The notes under the pieces were generated by a model. The model saw only the letters and a program-made list of their open reading frames with translations, searched no databases and was not told where the DNA came from. A DNA stretch of 64,000 nucleotides. It comes from Candidatus Woesearchaeota archaeon (GTDB taxonomy: Archaea > Nanobdellota > Nanobdellia > Woesearchaeales > UBA525). Below are positions 44,197-51,009 of the stretch, one piece after another (positions within the stretch are counted from its first letter, which is position 1; each line of letters begins with the position of its first letter). The stretch spans positions 16,557 to 80,556 of the forward strand of contig JAPPOH010000006.1 of assembly GCA_028818155.1 (NCBI GenBank), read 5' to 3'. A program made the position numbers and the translations under genes.

Positions 44197-44279
44197 ACAG
44201 CAAGTGAGAAAAAATCAGCATTTAAAGGTTGTCCAAAGTCGAAGCCTTTAAAAACACCTTGCTCGTCCAGAACCATCGT

Positions 44280-44333
<54 letters not shown>

Positions 44334-44352
<19 letters not shown>

Positions 44353-44594
44353 TTCTTTACATCAGTAACACGCTTCGGCTCATCTCCAACCTTCCAAAAG
44401 AGCAATCCGTCCTTCTCCCGCAACACATGTGTCGGTTCTACAGCAGCACTTCCATCGTGCAACATGACATCAACATACTGTTTCATTGGTGAGCCATCCT
44501 GCTGCTTGTCAGCACACTCCTGCACATACAACACTTCATACTCAGACCCCTCAACACGTAACCTATCTCCGTTAGTGAGAGAAGAAAAAAACAT
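44334..44594 (-). CDS. hypothetical protein
   Basis: 86-aa ORF whose last 19 nt overlap the 3' end of tRNA-Asn on the other strand. No family recognised. Confidence 0.35.
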
Positions 44595-44602
44595 AAAAAA
44601 AA

Positions 44603-44884
44603 TTATTTCTTTTTTTTGCTTGCAATGACCGCAGCAGCAACGCCAGCAGCAACACCTGCCGCGACACCGCCTGCAATAGCCGCAGCCTTCTTCGGATTCT
44701 TCTTCACGAAGCCCTTGACGCTCTTCTCAGCAGTCGCGAGTTTCTTCTTTGCCTGTGCAAGGTACTTTTTCGCGTCAGCAGCGAGCTTCTTATCGAGTGC
44801 GTTTGATTTCTTTGCTGTTTTCTTCTTTGCAGCCTTCTTTGGCGCTTTTCGCGCTTTCTTCCGTGCTTTCTTCTTTGGAGCCAT
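44603..44884 (-). CDS. lysine/alanine-rich basic protein with C-terminal hydrophobic anchor
   Basis: 93 aa. N-terminal MAPKKKARKKARKAPKKAAKKKTAKK low-complexity tail. C-terminal AAIAGGVAAGVAAGVAAAVIA followed by KKKK. Confidence 0.55.
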   Translation of the reverse strand: MAPKKKARKKARKAPKKAAKKKTAKKSNALDKKLAADAKKYLAQAKKKLATAEKSVKGFVKKNPKKAAAIAGGVAAGVAAGVAAAVIASKKKK

Positions 44885-44976
44885 ATGATCACCTGCTCTT
44901 TTATAGTTGCAAACCTATATAAACACTTGGAAAATTCTTGGAGATAGCGGAGTGGGGGAGTCAGGAGTCCCCGTTG

Positions 44977-45002
44977 AAACCGGAGGTCTCCCGGTTGCGG
45001 AA
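44977..45002 (+). other. predicted tRNA intron 1 (26 nt, non-canonical position 29/30)
   Basis: AAACCGGAGGTCTCCCGGTTGCGGAA interrupts the 5' strand of the anticodon stem. It contains the hairpin AACCGG-AGGTCTC-CCGGTT. Confidence 0.6.
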
Positions 45003-45011
45003 GGCTCATAA

Positions 45012-45036
45012 GGAGAACTCTTGTCTCCATGAGAGA
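45012..45036 (+). other. predicted tRNA intron 2 (25 nt, position 37/38 or 38/39)
   Basis: GGAGAACTCTTGTCTCCATGAGAGA. The boundary is ambiguous by 1 nt. CTCAT/ATGAG and GGAGA/TCTCC helices flanked by AA and AGA bulges resemble a relaxed bulge-helix-bulge. Confidence 0.65.
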
Positions 45037-45073
45037 CCCAAAGCTCGCTGGTTCAAATCCAGTCTCCGCTAGC

Positions 45074-45108
45074 GTCCCTGAGGAGTAAAATCTTCAGGGA
45101 CATTTTTT
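45074..45108 (+). terminator. hairpin plus T6 tract after tRNA-iMet
   Basis: GTCCCTGAG ... TTCAGGGAC stem (8 Watson-Crick pairs plus G.T) followed by ATTTTTT. Confidence 0.55.
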
Positions 45109-45116
45109 CTCTTTAA

Positions 45117-45165
45117 CCACTGGTCAAAAAACCCACTGGACATGCACGCGTAGCGTATTTAAGTG
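45117..45165 (+). promoter_or_regulatory. promoter with conserved box (site d) plus an upstream direct half-site, drives the LAGLIDADG gene
   Basis: CCACTGGTCA at 45117-45126. CCACTGGACATGCACGCGTAGCGTATTTAAGTG at 45133-45165, 30 of 33 identical to the dinB promoter. TATA 29 nt before the ATG at 45185. Confidence 0.65.
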
Positions 45166-45184
45166 ATGAAATTGTTCATATTTC

Positions 45185-45802
45185 ATGGACGAGAAATGGG
45201 CAGAATTTGTCGGTATTCTCCTCGGAGATGGTTCAATAGCAGTTCGGCCTTCGAAGAAGTATTCAACATTTTATTGTGTCAAAGTAACGTTAGATTCAAG
45301 AGAAGTAGCGTATAGGAAATATGTTGCAGCACTATTCTATGAACTGCTCGGAGTCAAACCAAAAATTCAGAAAAGGCCAGGTCAAAATGCAGTTGATATT
45401 GTGATTTATCAAAAAGGTGTTGTAGAGATACTCTTGAAAATAGGTTTGAAGCGCGCGCCGAAATGGAAACGTGCAGTTGTTCCTCTCACTTGCATGAACA
45501 AAGAACTCGGAAAATATGTTCTTCGTGGCTATTTCGATACCGATGGAAGTGTTGTCATCGCGAATAATAATGGAACGAGATATCCGAGGCTTGAAATGAA
45601 AATCAGTCCTTCTCCAATGCAGAAACAACTATTACAACTTCTCAACTTGTACGAATTCCACTACGGAGTATATGATATAGGTCGAGGGAAAGTTCGTGTG
45701 CAAATGAATGGGAAGAAGGCTGTAGAGAAGTGGTATAATTTGATTGGATTCAGCAATGAGAAACATCGACTGAAGGCTGAATCCTTTCTCGACACAGGTT
45801 AG
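45185..45802 (+). CDS. free-standing double-motif LAGLIDADG homing endonuclease
   Basis: 205 aa. Motifs FVGILLGDGSI and LRGYFDTDGSV. The last sense codon and the stop lie inside the left inverted repeat of the IS. Confidence 0.8.
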   Translation: MDEKWAEFVGILLGDGSIAVRPSKKYSTFYCVKVTLDSREVAYRKYVAALFYELLGVKPKIQKRPGQNAVDIVIYQKGVVEILLKIGLKRAPKWKRAVVPLTCMNKELGKYVLRGYFDTDGSVVIANNNGTRYPRLEMKISPSPMQKQLLQLLNLYEFHYGVYDIGRGKVRVQMNGKKAVEKWYNLIGFSNEKHRLKAESFLDTG

Positions 45803-46681
45803 TAGAAAGTAAAATAAACCTACACCCGAAGGTGTAGGTACTAAAACCAGTGAAGGTGGTTTTAGTGACGACAAAAAAACAGGGACTTCTTAAGAAAGTA
45901 TCGCAGCACTTGCGTACTGCTGGCATCGATAGATATTTGCATGTTCGTGGGCCGAAATGGTACACGACTGCCGAGCTGGTGCTCGGCCTCGCGGTTCGCG
46001 AGCGCTACAAGCTCAGTTATCGTCGTGCCGCCGAGTTTCTCGACGAGTATTACGGGTTATCGTTGCATTTTACGACGTTGCAGAAAGCAGCCAAGCGGCT
46101 GCCCAGATGGTTCTGGCAACGTGTCTTACGTGCGAGCGCGAAGGTTGAGAGTATGCTCGCGGCGATTGATGGAACAGGGTTCGCTCGGAGCTTGCCGAGC
46201 GAACACTACGTACGGCGTGTTGACGGGAAACGACCACAAGTACCTGTTAAACTCAGCGCGATGATCGACATCGAAAGCAGACTCGTGCTCAGCGCACGAG
46301 TCCGTGCACGGCCTGCACACGATACAAAAGATGTGCACGGACTCATCCGCCGTGCACAACACAAGCCATGGGTCGTGACCATGGACAAAGGCTATGACAG
46401 TGAGCCACTCCATGAGTGGCTCGACAACAAGGGCGTGTGGAGCATCGCACCAACAAGAAAAGGCTGTCGTCGAGGACAACACAGGAAACAATTGCGGGAC
46501 GCCTTCCCACAAACATATTATGATCAGCGACCCATCATCGAAAGTGTCTTTCGAAGCGTGAAAGCACGCTACAGTGGCCACGTCCGTGGCCAGCGTGCAC
46601 ATACGGTGCACGCAGAAGTGATGATGCGCTTGATCTTGCACAACATCAGGGTTGTGCTCACACGTTACTTTCTACTAACCC
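45796..46681 (+). mobile_element. insertion sequence (886 bp) with terminal inverted repeats and 9-bp target-site duplication
   Basis: IR-L GGTTAGTAGAAAGTAA at 45797-45812 and IR-R TTACTTTCTACTAACC at 46665-46680 are perfect 16-bp inverted repeats. TCTCGACAC is directly repeated at 45787-45795 and 46682-46690, each copy 1 nt outside its inverted repeat. Internal hairpin CCTACACC-CGAA-GGTGTAGG at 45819-45838. Confidence 0.85.
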
Positions 46682-46701
46682 TCTCGACACGATACCTTTA
46701 A
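45850..46701 (+). CDS. DDE transposase (IS4/IS5-superfamily type)
   Basis: 283 aa. AIDGTGF, VTMDKGYDS and RPIIESVFRSVKARY fit a D-D-E triad. GTG start. The frame runs through IR-R to a stop in flanking DNA. Confidence 0.8.
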   Translation: MKVVLVTTKKQGLLKKVSQHLRTAGIDRYLHVRGPKWYTTAELVLGLAVRERYKLSYRRAAEFLDEYYGLSLHFTTLQKAAKRLPRWFWQRVLRASAKVESMLAAIDGTGFARSLPSEHYVRRVDGKRPQVPVKLSAMIDIESRLVLSARVRARPAHDTKDVHGLIRRAQHKPWVVTMDKGYDSEPLHEWLDNKGVWSIAPTRKGCRRGQHRKQLRDAFPQTYYDQRPIIESVFRSVKARYSGHVRGQRAHTVHAEVMMRLILHNIRVVLTRYFLLTLSTRYL

Positions 46702-46730
46702 AAACGCCTTCCAGTCCCAAGAAACTCGTT

Positions 46731-46813
46731 GCCAAGGTCGCATAGCCTGGTATTGCGCAGGATTGCTAATCCTGTTCCTTCGGGAGTCCTGGGTTCAAAT
46801 CCCAGCCTTGGCG
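46731..46813 (+). tRNA. tRNA-Ser (anticodon GCT), class II
   Basis: GCCAAGG...CAGGA TTGCTAA TCCTG, long variable arm TTCCTTCGGGAGTC, CTGGG TTCAAAT CCCAG CCTTGGC G. Promoter CCTTTAAAAAC at 46695-46705. T-tract follows. Confidence 0.9.
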
Positions 46814-46817
46814 TTTT

Positions 46818-47147
46818 TTATTTTGCTTGAGGTTCTCTTGCAAAATACTTGTACAACAAAAAACAGAGTACCCAAAAACAGTACGGGTACAATATGATGA
46901 TCCACCTATATGGAGCTCCTCGCATACCGAACGTGCTCGTTATATATGCTAAAATGATTTTATCGCCGAGGAGAATGCTAATGATATACACAAGAGCGCT
47001 TGTAAACATAAAAAGATGCAAAAGTGAGCGTTGCGTTCCTCTGCAGATTGAGACGACATACTTGAATCCGCCGTAAATGAACAAAAATCCTGCAAGAGGT
47101 ATTGAGAGTCCTACACTTATGAGATATGGATCAAGTATGCCCCACAT
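46818..47147 (-). CDS. membrane protein
   Basis: ORF 46818..47225. An internal ATG at 47147 (MWGILDPYLIS) avoids overlap with the divergent promoter. Three to four hydrophobic helices. Confidence 0.45.
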   Translation of the reverse strand: MWGILDPYLISVGLSIPLAGFLFIYGGFKYVVSICRGTQRSLLHLFMFTSALVYIISILLGDKIILAYITSTFGMRGAPYRWIIILYPYCFWVLCFLLYKYFAREPQAK

Positions 47148-47199
47148 ATGTGGTTTGAAGTTGCATGCCTTTAAAAATATACACTTGTTAAAACATCCC

Positions 47200-47547
47200 A
47201 TGAACTTCGTCCGTGTACTTGGCATCTACAACGCGAACAGTGGACTTTTGGGCGAACTAGCATATGTAGTGAGAAAAATAGCAGGTACAAGAGACTGTGT
47301 CCTCTGCGACATCACACACAAAGGTGTGCGGAAGAAAAAGGAGTGGGTATCTGCAGAAATTCCCGTTGAACTAATCTATATCAATGAGCAAGATCCTAAA
47401 CTGCGTGCCTTCACAAACGGAAAAACACCTTGTATTATTGGACAGACAAAAGATGGCTATGTTATGCTCATAACGAGCGATGCACTACGAGAGCTGCAAG
47501 GAGATGTGAACAAATTTCACAAACTCTTGAAGCAAAAGCTCAGTTAA
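47200..47547 (+). CDS. hypothetical protein with CxxC motif
   Basis: ORF 47077..47547. The ATG at 47200 (MNFVRVLGIYN) follows TATA cctttaaaaatat by about 25 nt. Contains CVLCD. Confidence 0.5.
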   Translation: MNFVRVLGIYNANSGLLGELAYVVRKIAGTRDCVLCDITHKGVRKKKEWVSAEIPVELIYINEQDPKLRAFTNGKTPCIIGQTKDGYVMLITSDALRELQGDVNKFHKLLKQKLS

Positions 47548-48109
47548 GAACTCGCACTGTCTGCACACCAACGTAGTGTGTCACCGTGCCAGCAGAATTC
47601 TTGATGGGCGCGATATGTAATTCATTCAGAAACTGCTCGCCATCTTTCGTATAATTCTTCAGCGTGACGGTACAAGAGGTCCCGTTCTTCATCGCGGCAC
47701 GGATTTTTTGCAGGCCTGCTTGCTTTTTGTTCGTTCCTTGTAAGAATCTGCAGTTTTTGCCGAGGACTTCCTCTCTCGAGTATCCTGTGATTGCAAGAAA
47801 CTCATCGTTCACGTAGATGAGCGGCATCTCTGGATCTTGCGCGTCAGCGATTGTGATACCGCAGCTTGCTGCGTCCATTGCACGCTTGAAGAGGTCAATC
47901 TGTTCCTTGAAGGGGAGTGCTTCTGTGTACGTGTAGAGTTTTGCCGGGCCGATGACCCGTTCGCGCACGACACCTTGGTTCTTGAGCACGTCCACGTAGC
48001 GTGCGACGCTGTTTCGATTGAGATTAATGTGCTGTGTGATATCGGTGATGCTCATGCCGTCTTTGTGCTGCTGCAGCAGCGTTGTGAGTTGCTGTAGTAC
48101 TGGGTCCAT
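47540..48109 (-). CDS. winged-helix plus LOV-domain protein (putative blue-light responsive transcription factor)
   Basis: ORF 47540..48301. The ATG at 48109 follows TATA atatatataag. The N-terminal MSITDITQHINLNRNSVARYVDVLKNQGVV is a wHTH. The C-terminal GITIADAQDPEMPLIYVNDEFLAITGYSREEVLGKNCRFLQG...NYTKDGEQFLNELHIAPIKN..G.VTHYVGVQ is a canonical LOV core including the adduct-forming Cys. Confidence 0.8.
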   Translation of the reverse strand: MDPVLQQLTTLLQQHKDGMSITDITQHINLNRNSVARYVDVLKNQGVVRERVIGPAKLYTYTEALPFKEQIDLFKRAMDAASCGITIADAQDPEMPLIYVNDEFLAITGYSREEVLGKNCRFLQGTNKKQAGLQKIRAAMKNGTSCTVTLKNYTKDGEQFLNELHIAPIKNSAGTVTHYVGVQTVRVLN

Positions 48110-48382
48110 ACACAAGATATGGGGAAACTTATATATATGTGTATTGCTTTTTTGCATTGCATTAACGCATTGCAAAGGGTGAAACAATGGATGAAGAACG
48201 AATCGAGTACCTCGCATGGCACGGACTGCACACACACCAACAACGAAAGCACTGGCTCCATGAATTCCTACTCCAGGAGCACGTATGAAAATTCCAAACA
48301 TGTGTCCCCAAACACACCAACCTTCTCCGGCAGCTCCGCAGCTGCCGGCTTTTTCTTCTCAACAAATGTATGAGGTGCTGCC

Positions 48383-48844
48383 ATGGTTGCTATTGGATCA
48401 AGAGCTCCTGCTTTTACACTAACAGACACGAACGGTAAGAAGGTGCAACTTTCCAAACTAAGGGGAACAAATGTCGTCCTCTACTTCTACCCGAAAGACG
48501 ACACACCTGGCTGTACGTGCGAGGCGAACGAATTTACCGCGCTTTTACCACACTTCAAGAAACTAAACACGCTCGTGTTCGGCGTGAGCAAAGACACTGT
48601 GGAACAGCACAAGAAGTTTACCAAAAAACACGCGCTTGACGTTCCCTTGCTTTCCGATCCTGATGGGAAGATGATCGAGAAGTATGGCTTCTGGGTGGAG
48701 AAAAACATGTACGGCAAGAAGTACATGGGTATCCAACGCGCAACCGTCCTGATTGATGAAGCAGGAAAGATTACTCATATCTGGGACAAGGTGAAGCCGA
48801 AAGGACACGCTGCAGAGGTGCTTGAACAAGTGAAAGCTTTATGA
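48383..48844 (+). CDS. bcp: peroxiredoxin (Bcp/PrxQ type)
   Basis: 153 aa. FYPKDDTPGCT active-site motif. SD GAGGTG upstream. Confidence 0.9.
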   Translation: MVAIGSRAPAFTLTDTNGKKVQLSKLRGTNVVLYFYPKDDTPGCTCEANEFTALLPHFKKLNTLVFGVSKDTVEQHKKFTKKHALDVPLLSDPDGKMIEKYGFWVEKNMYGKKYMGIQRATVLIDEAGKITHIWDKVKPKGHAAEVLEQVKAL

Positions 48845-49869
48845 ATGACACCACCATGGCGAACCATATGGTACATGCATACGCGGCACGAGCACAAGAC
48901 AAAGAACTCGAGCCGTTCGAGTACGAACTCCCTGAGAGAAAAGAGGATGAAATTGATATCAACGTTGCGTACTGTGGCATCTGTCACTCAGACCTGAGCA
49001 TGTTACAGAATGACTGGCACATGACCCAATATCCATTCGTGCCCGGACATGAAGTTGTCGGTACAGTAACTGCTGTCGGCACTGGCGTGAAGCATCTTTC
49101 GCTCGGACAGCAAGTCGGTGTCGGCTGGTTCACAAACAGCTGCACCACGTGCGAACAATGCATGCGCGGCGAACACAACCACTGCCCAACCAGAGAGCAG
49201 ATGATCGTTGGCAGGCACGGAGGCTTTGCAGATACTGTCCGCTGCGGTGCACTCTGGGCAACACCGTTACCTGATGAAATGGACCTCGCGAGTGCAGGAC
49301 CCTTATTTTGTGGCGGTATCACCGTCTTCAATCCCATCGCGCATTATGTCAAGCCAACTGATAAGGTCGCTGTTATTGGTATTGGCGGTCTTGGACACCT
49401 TGCTCTGCAGTTTCTTAGCAAGTGGGGCTGCGAAGTGACTGCCTTCACTTCCTCAGAGGATAAAATGATGGAAGCAAAGCTGTATGGTGCACATCACACA
49501 GTGAATTCTCGTGATCCTGATGCGATCGGGAAATGTGCGGGTCAATTTGATTTTGTTCTCAACACAACGAACGCGAATCTGCCCTGGGAAGCATATGTCC
49601 AAACGCTGCAGCCACATGGGCGCTTCCACACAGTGGGCGCAGTGCCAGATCCTATCCCGCTGCAAGCCTTTTCGCTGATTGTAGGTCAGAAGTCCGTCTC
49701 TGGCAGTCCGCTCGGCAGCCCAGCGCTCGTGCAGCAGATGCTCGCGTTTTGCGTTCGTCATGGAATCAAGCCGAAGATTGAGGAGTTTGCGCTTGCTGAT
49801 GTGAACGCAGCGATGCAACATCTCAAAGATGGGAAGGCACGCTATCGGATTGTACTGAAAGTTTCTTAA
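48841..49869 (+). CDS. zinc-dependent alcohol dehydrogenase (cinnamyl-ADH/YahK-like)
   Basis: 342 aa. GICHSD and GHEVVG zinc motifs. CTTCEQCMRGEHNHC structural zinc. GIGGLGH Rossmann. Confidence 0.88.
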   Translation: MNDTTMANHMVHAYAARAQDKELEPFEYELPERKEDEIDINVAYCGICHSDLSMLQNDWHMTQYPFVPGHEVVGTVTAVGTGVKHLSLGQQVGVGWFTNSCTTCEQCMRGEHNHCPTREQMIVGRHGGFADTVRCGALWATPLPDEMDLASAGPLFCGGITVFNPIAHYVKPTDKVAVIGIGGLGHLALQFLSKWGCEVTAFTSSEDKMMEAKLYGAHHTVNSRDPDAIGKCAGQFDFVLNTTNANLPWEAYVQTLQPHGRFHTVGAVPDPIPLQAFSLIVGQKSVSGSPLGSPALVQQMLAFCVRHGIKPKIEEFALADVNAAMQHLKDGKARYRIVLKVS

Positions 49870-49891
49870 ACACAGTGCAAAATATTCTTGT

Positions 49892-50446
49892 ATGCAACAA
49901 GTCTACGCAGGCACAAGGGAAGAATGGCGCTCGTGGTTGGAGAACAACCATAGCAAAGCCAAGGAAGTTGAGCTCGTCAATTGGAAGAAACATACTGGCA
50001 AGCCTTCGATTAATCACAGAGAACAGATGGAAGAGGCCATTTGTTTTGGCTGGATTGACACAACCATCAAGCGAATTGATGAAGACAGATATGCTCGTCG
50101 ATTTGTACGCAGAACACCGAAGGGCAAGTGGAGTAAGAATACGCTTGGTTATGCAAAACAGCTCATCAAGGAAGGCAAGATGACACCTGCAGGCATGGTA
50201 ATGTACAAACACGGATTAAAAAATCCCCTTGCTGATGGCGGCATCCCTGACTTCCCCAAAATTCCTGCGTTGGAAAAGGCACTTTCCAAGAATAAGAAAG
50301 CAAATGCGTTCTTCAATAGCTTAACACGACCACAACAACGCATGTACCTGCGGTGGATCGCTTCTGCCAAGCGAGAGGAAACAATTCAGAAACGGATTAC
50401 AGAAACTGTCGAGCGTTGTGCGCAGTGCAAGAAGGCGTTTGACTAA
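49892..50446 (+). CDS. YdeI/OmpD-associated family protein
   Basis: 184 aa. WRSWLENNH...EAICFGWID...RRFVRRTPKGKWS pattern. Confidence 0.6.
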   Translation: MQQVYAGTREEWRSWLENNHSKAKEVELVNWKKHTGKPSINHREQMEEAICFGWIDTTIKRIDEDRYARRFVRRTPKGKWSKNTLGYAKQLIKEGKMTPAGMVMYKHGLKNPLADGGIPDFPKIPALEKALSKNKKANAFFNSLTRPQQRMYLRWIASAKREETIQKRITETVERCAQCKKAFD

Positions 50447-50971
50447 TCACAAATACATCTCTATTCTCTCTTTAAGTCTATCTCTCCCCCAGTTTCCCAT
50501 GCAGACAACTGCTGCGTTTGGTTGTCCTTGCATGACGAGCATGCCAAGAGGGACACCTGCTTTCCGATCATCACCAATAGCGTACCTAAAACCTGCATGG
50601 GCCGTCCCTCTCAGGTCATCCATCGTTGATTTTCCATCAACCAGCGGGAATGGCACTTCATGAATGAGTTGTTCCCGTGCTGGGTTTTTGTACTCTTCTC
50701 TGCCAACGACCTGGATGTCGTATTCTCGTGCTACTGCGTCAATGTCCGCAACTTCGGGAACACAGTCAGGGCACCAGCGTGCCAAGTACAGGAAGAGCAC
50801 AGCAGGGTTCTGCTCGATGAGCGTTCGGGCAGACATCTCAGGCATGTCGAAATCAGAGAACTTCTTTGCACCAACGATGCTGACTAGGTCTTGCATCCTG
50901 ATCTCATCTGGAAGTGCGCCAACATTTGCTGTTACAATTGTTCCAAGTTCAGTCATGTAACCCCCTTGCAA
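50447..50971 (-). CDS. thioredoxin-fold redoxin (TlpA-like)
   Basis: 174 aa. LFLYLARWCPDC CxxC motif. Confidence 0.6.
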   Translation of the reverse strand: MQGGYMTELGTIVTANVGALPDEIRMQDLVSIVGAKKFSDFDMPEMSARTLIEQNPAVLFLYLARWCPDCVPEVADIDAVAREYDIQVVGREEYKNPAREQLIHEVPFPLVDGKSTMDDLRGTAHAGFRYAIGDDRKAGVPLGMLVMQGQPNAAVVCMGNWGRDRLKERIEMYL

Positions 50972-51009
50972 AGGGAACAGAAACGATCTTTAAAAATATT
51001 TCCGCAAGA

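Larger units (their letters stand above)
44946..45071 (+). tRNA. initiator tRNA-Met (anticodon CAT) gene with two predicted introns
   Basis: 126 nt. Acceptor AGCGGAG/CTCCGCT gives A1:U72. D-arm GGGG AGTCAGGAGT CCCC. T-arm GCTGG TTCAAAT CCAGT. Removing 44977-45002 and 45012-45036 gives the anticodon arm TTGGG CTCATAA CCCAA, with the three G:C pairs typical of initiators. Promoter CCTATATAAAC at 44914-44924. Confidence 0.8.

Noticed and set aside
44946-45071. Alternative readings of the 126-nt tRNA: a class II tRNA with a long variable arm, an Asp-like loop AGGTCTC, or three short insertions
   Set aside because: The AACCGG/CCGGTT hairpin loop lacks U33 and purine 37. No Leu or Ser anticodon arm can be drawn. 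The three-insertion model (8, 15-18 and 22-25 nt) gives the same mature sequence, but it is less parsimonious than two introns.
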